From an uncultured Bifidobacterium sp. (lineage in GTDB: Bacteria; Verrucomicrobiota; Verrucomicrobiia; Limisphaerales; JADJPG01): a DNA stretch of 64,000 nt. The notes under the pieces were generated by a model. The model did no database searches and had not been told where the DNA came from. It saw only the letters and a program-made list of their open reading frames with translations. This document shows positions 63,605 to 64,000 of the stretch, in pieces. Numbering within the stretch: the first letter of the stretch is position 1; each line of letters starts with the position of its first letter. The position numbers and the translations under genes are program-made. The stretch covers positions 37,798 to 101,797 of the forward strand of contig CAZBIC010000018.1 of NCBI GenBank assembly GCA_964491875.1. Direction: 5' to 3'.

Positions 63605-64000
63605 ATGATAAGAGCCGCTCTTTCCGTCGGTGTCCTCCTGCTGGTCCTCGTCGGTTGCAAGACTCCTCAAAACACCAGCGGCCACGGCTGGCCAAAGCAT
63701 CGTCTTCAGGCAGCCCAGATTACTTCTCTCAATCTCCCCAACGGTCAGCAGTTTGACGCGTCGGGTCTGTGGCTGCTCGACACCGGGGAGCTGCTCACGC
63801 TGCGCAACACTCGGGACTCGATCCTGTATCGCATTGATTTTCTCCCCGGCGGTCAGGAGGCGAACCTGAAGTCCTTCAATGACTGCTTTTCGAACGACAG
63901 CCTTCGCGTTGTCGCGGGCGACAGCAAAAGCTTCGACTGCGAAGGCATCGCGCGGGACGAGCAGGGACGGTTCTACATTTGCGAGGAACGTGGGCGGTGG
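63605..64000 (+). CDS. Lipoprotein, partial (runs off the window), possibly phytase-like/SdiA-regulated beta-propeller type
   Basis: My own translation is MIRAALSVGVLLLVLVGCKTPQ...DASGLWLLDTGELLTL...CEGIARDEQGRFYICEERGRW. The lipobox is LVGC. The family assignment is weak. Confidence 0.55.
   Translation, partial: MIRAALSVGVLLLVLVGCKTPQNTSGHGWPKHRLQAAQITSLNLPNGQQFDASGLWLLDTGELLTLRNTRDSILYRIDFLPGGQEANLKSFNDCFSNDSLRVVAGDSKSFDCEGIARDEQGRFYICEERGRW

Overview
This is a GC-rich bacterial chromosomal window. All homology calls were made by eye from motifs in the supplied translations. No searches were run.

The protein style suggests Verrucomicrobiota or another PVC lineage (inference only). The cues are a c-type heme domain fused to a PQQ dehydrogenase, I-set Ig repeats with ...GATNSTL... 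motifs, and many secreted proteins ending in ...F-[FY]-R-[LV]....

Layout:
- (1) 1-24705: 21 co-directional minus-strand genes, many with start/stop overlaps.
  - An ABC-2 transporter.
  - A zinc-limitation-like block: half ZnuA, choice-of-anchor-M protein, COG0523 GTPase, DUF3299.
  - Two large He_PIG/Ig surface proteins.
  - A DsbD / DUF4266 / TlpA / ApbE / DUF3570 envelope redox cassette.
  - A CzcA-type RND pump with a TolC-like protein but no membrane-fusion protein.
  - A 9-heme cytochrome.
- (2) 24889-26715 (+): a reprolysin-like metalloprotease.
- (3) 26730-31474 (-): a second DUF3570 / TlpA / DUF4266 / Ig-protein module, behind a CusRS-like two-component system.
- (4) 31889-33658 (+): a heme-c/PQQ dehydrogenase preceded by a CusR-type palindrome.
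- (5) 33956-45058 (+): an ECF sigma factor, an anti-sigma/VWA fusion and a 2386-aa internally duplicated membrane giant.
- (6) 45281-48466 (+): a metzincin-like multidomain surface protein.
- (7) 48532-49243: a frameshifted IS1595-type transposase remnant.
- (8) 49551-63547 (+): nuoB to nuoN.
  - nuoA is absent.
  - An L7/L12-CTD-like membrane ORF sits between nuoC and nuoD.
  - An antisense tRNA-Gln sits between nuoE and nuoF.

The most interesting hypothesis concerns the three paralogous Ig/He_PIG proteins that lie next to the DUF3570/ApbE modules. They share a conserved N-terminal module containing [ND]AVSGAS, which matches the ApbE flavinylation acceptor motif. They could therefore be an undescribed class of flavinylated surface proteins.
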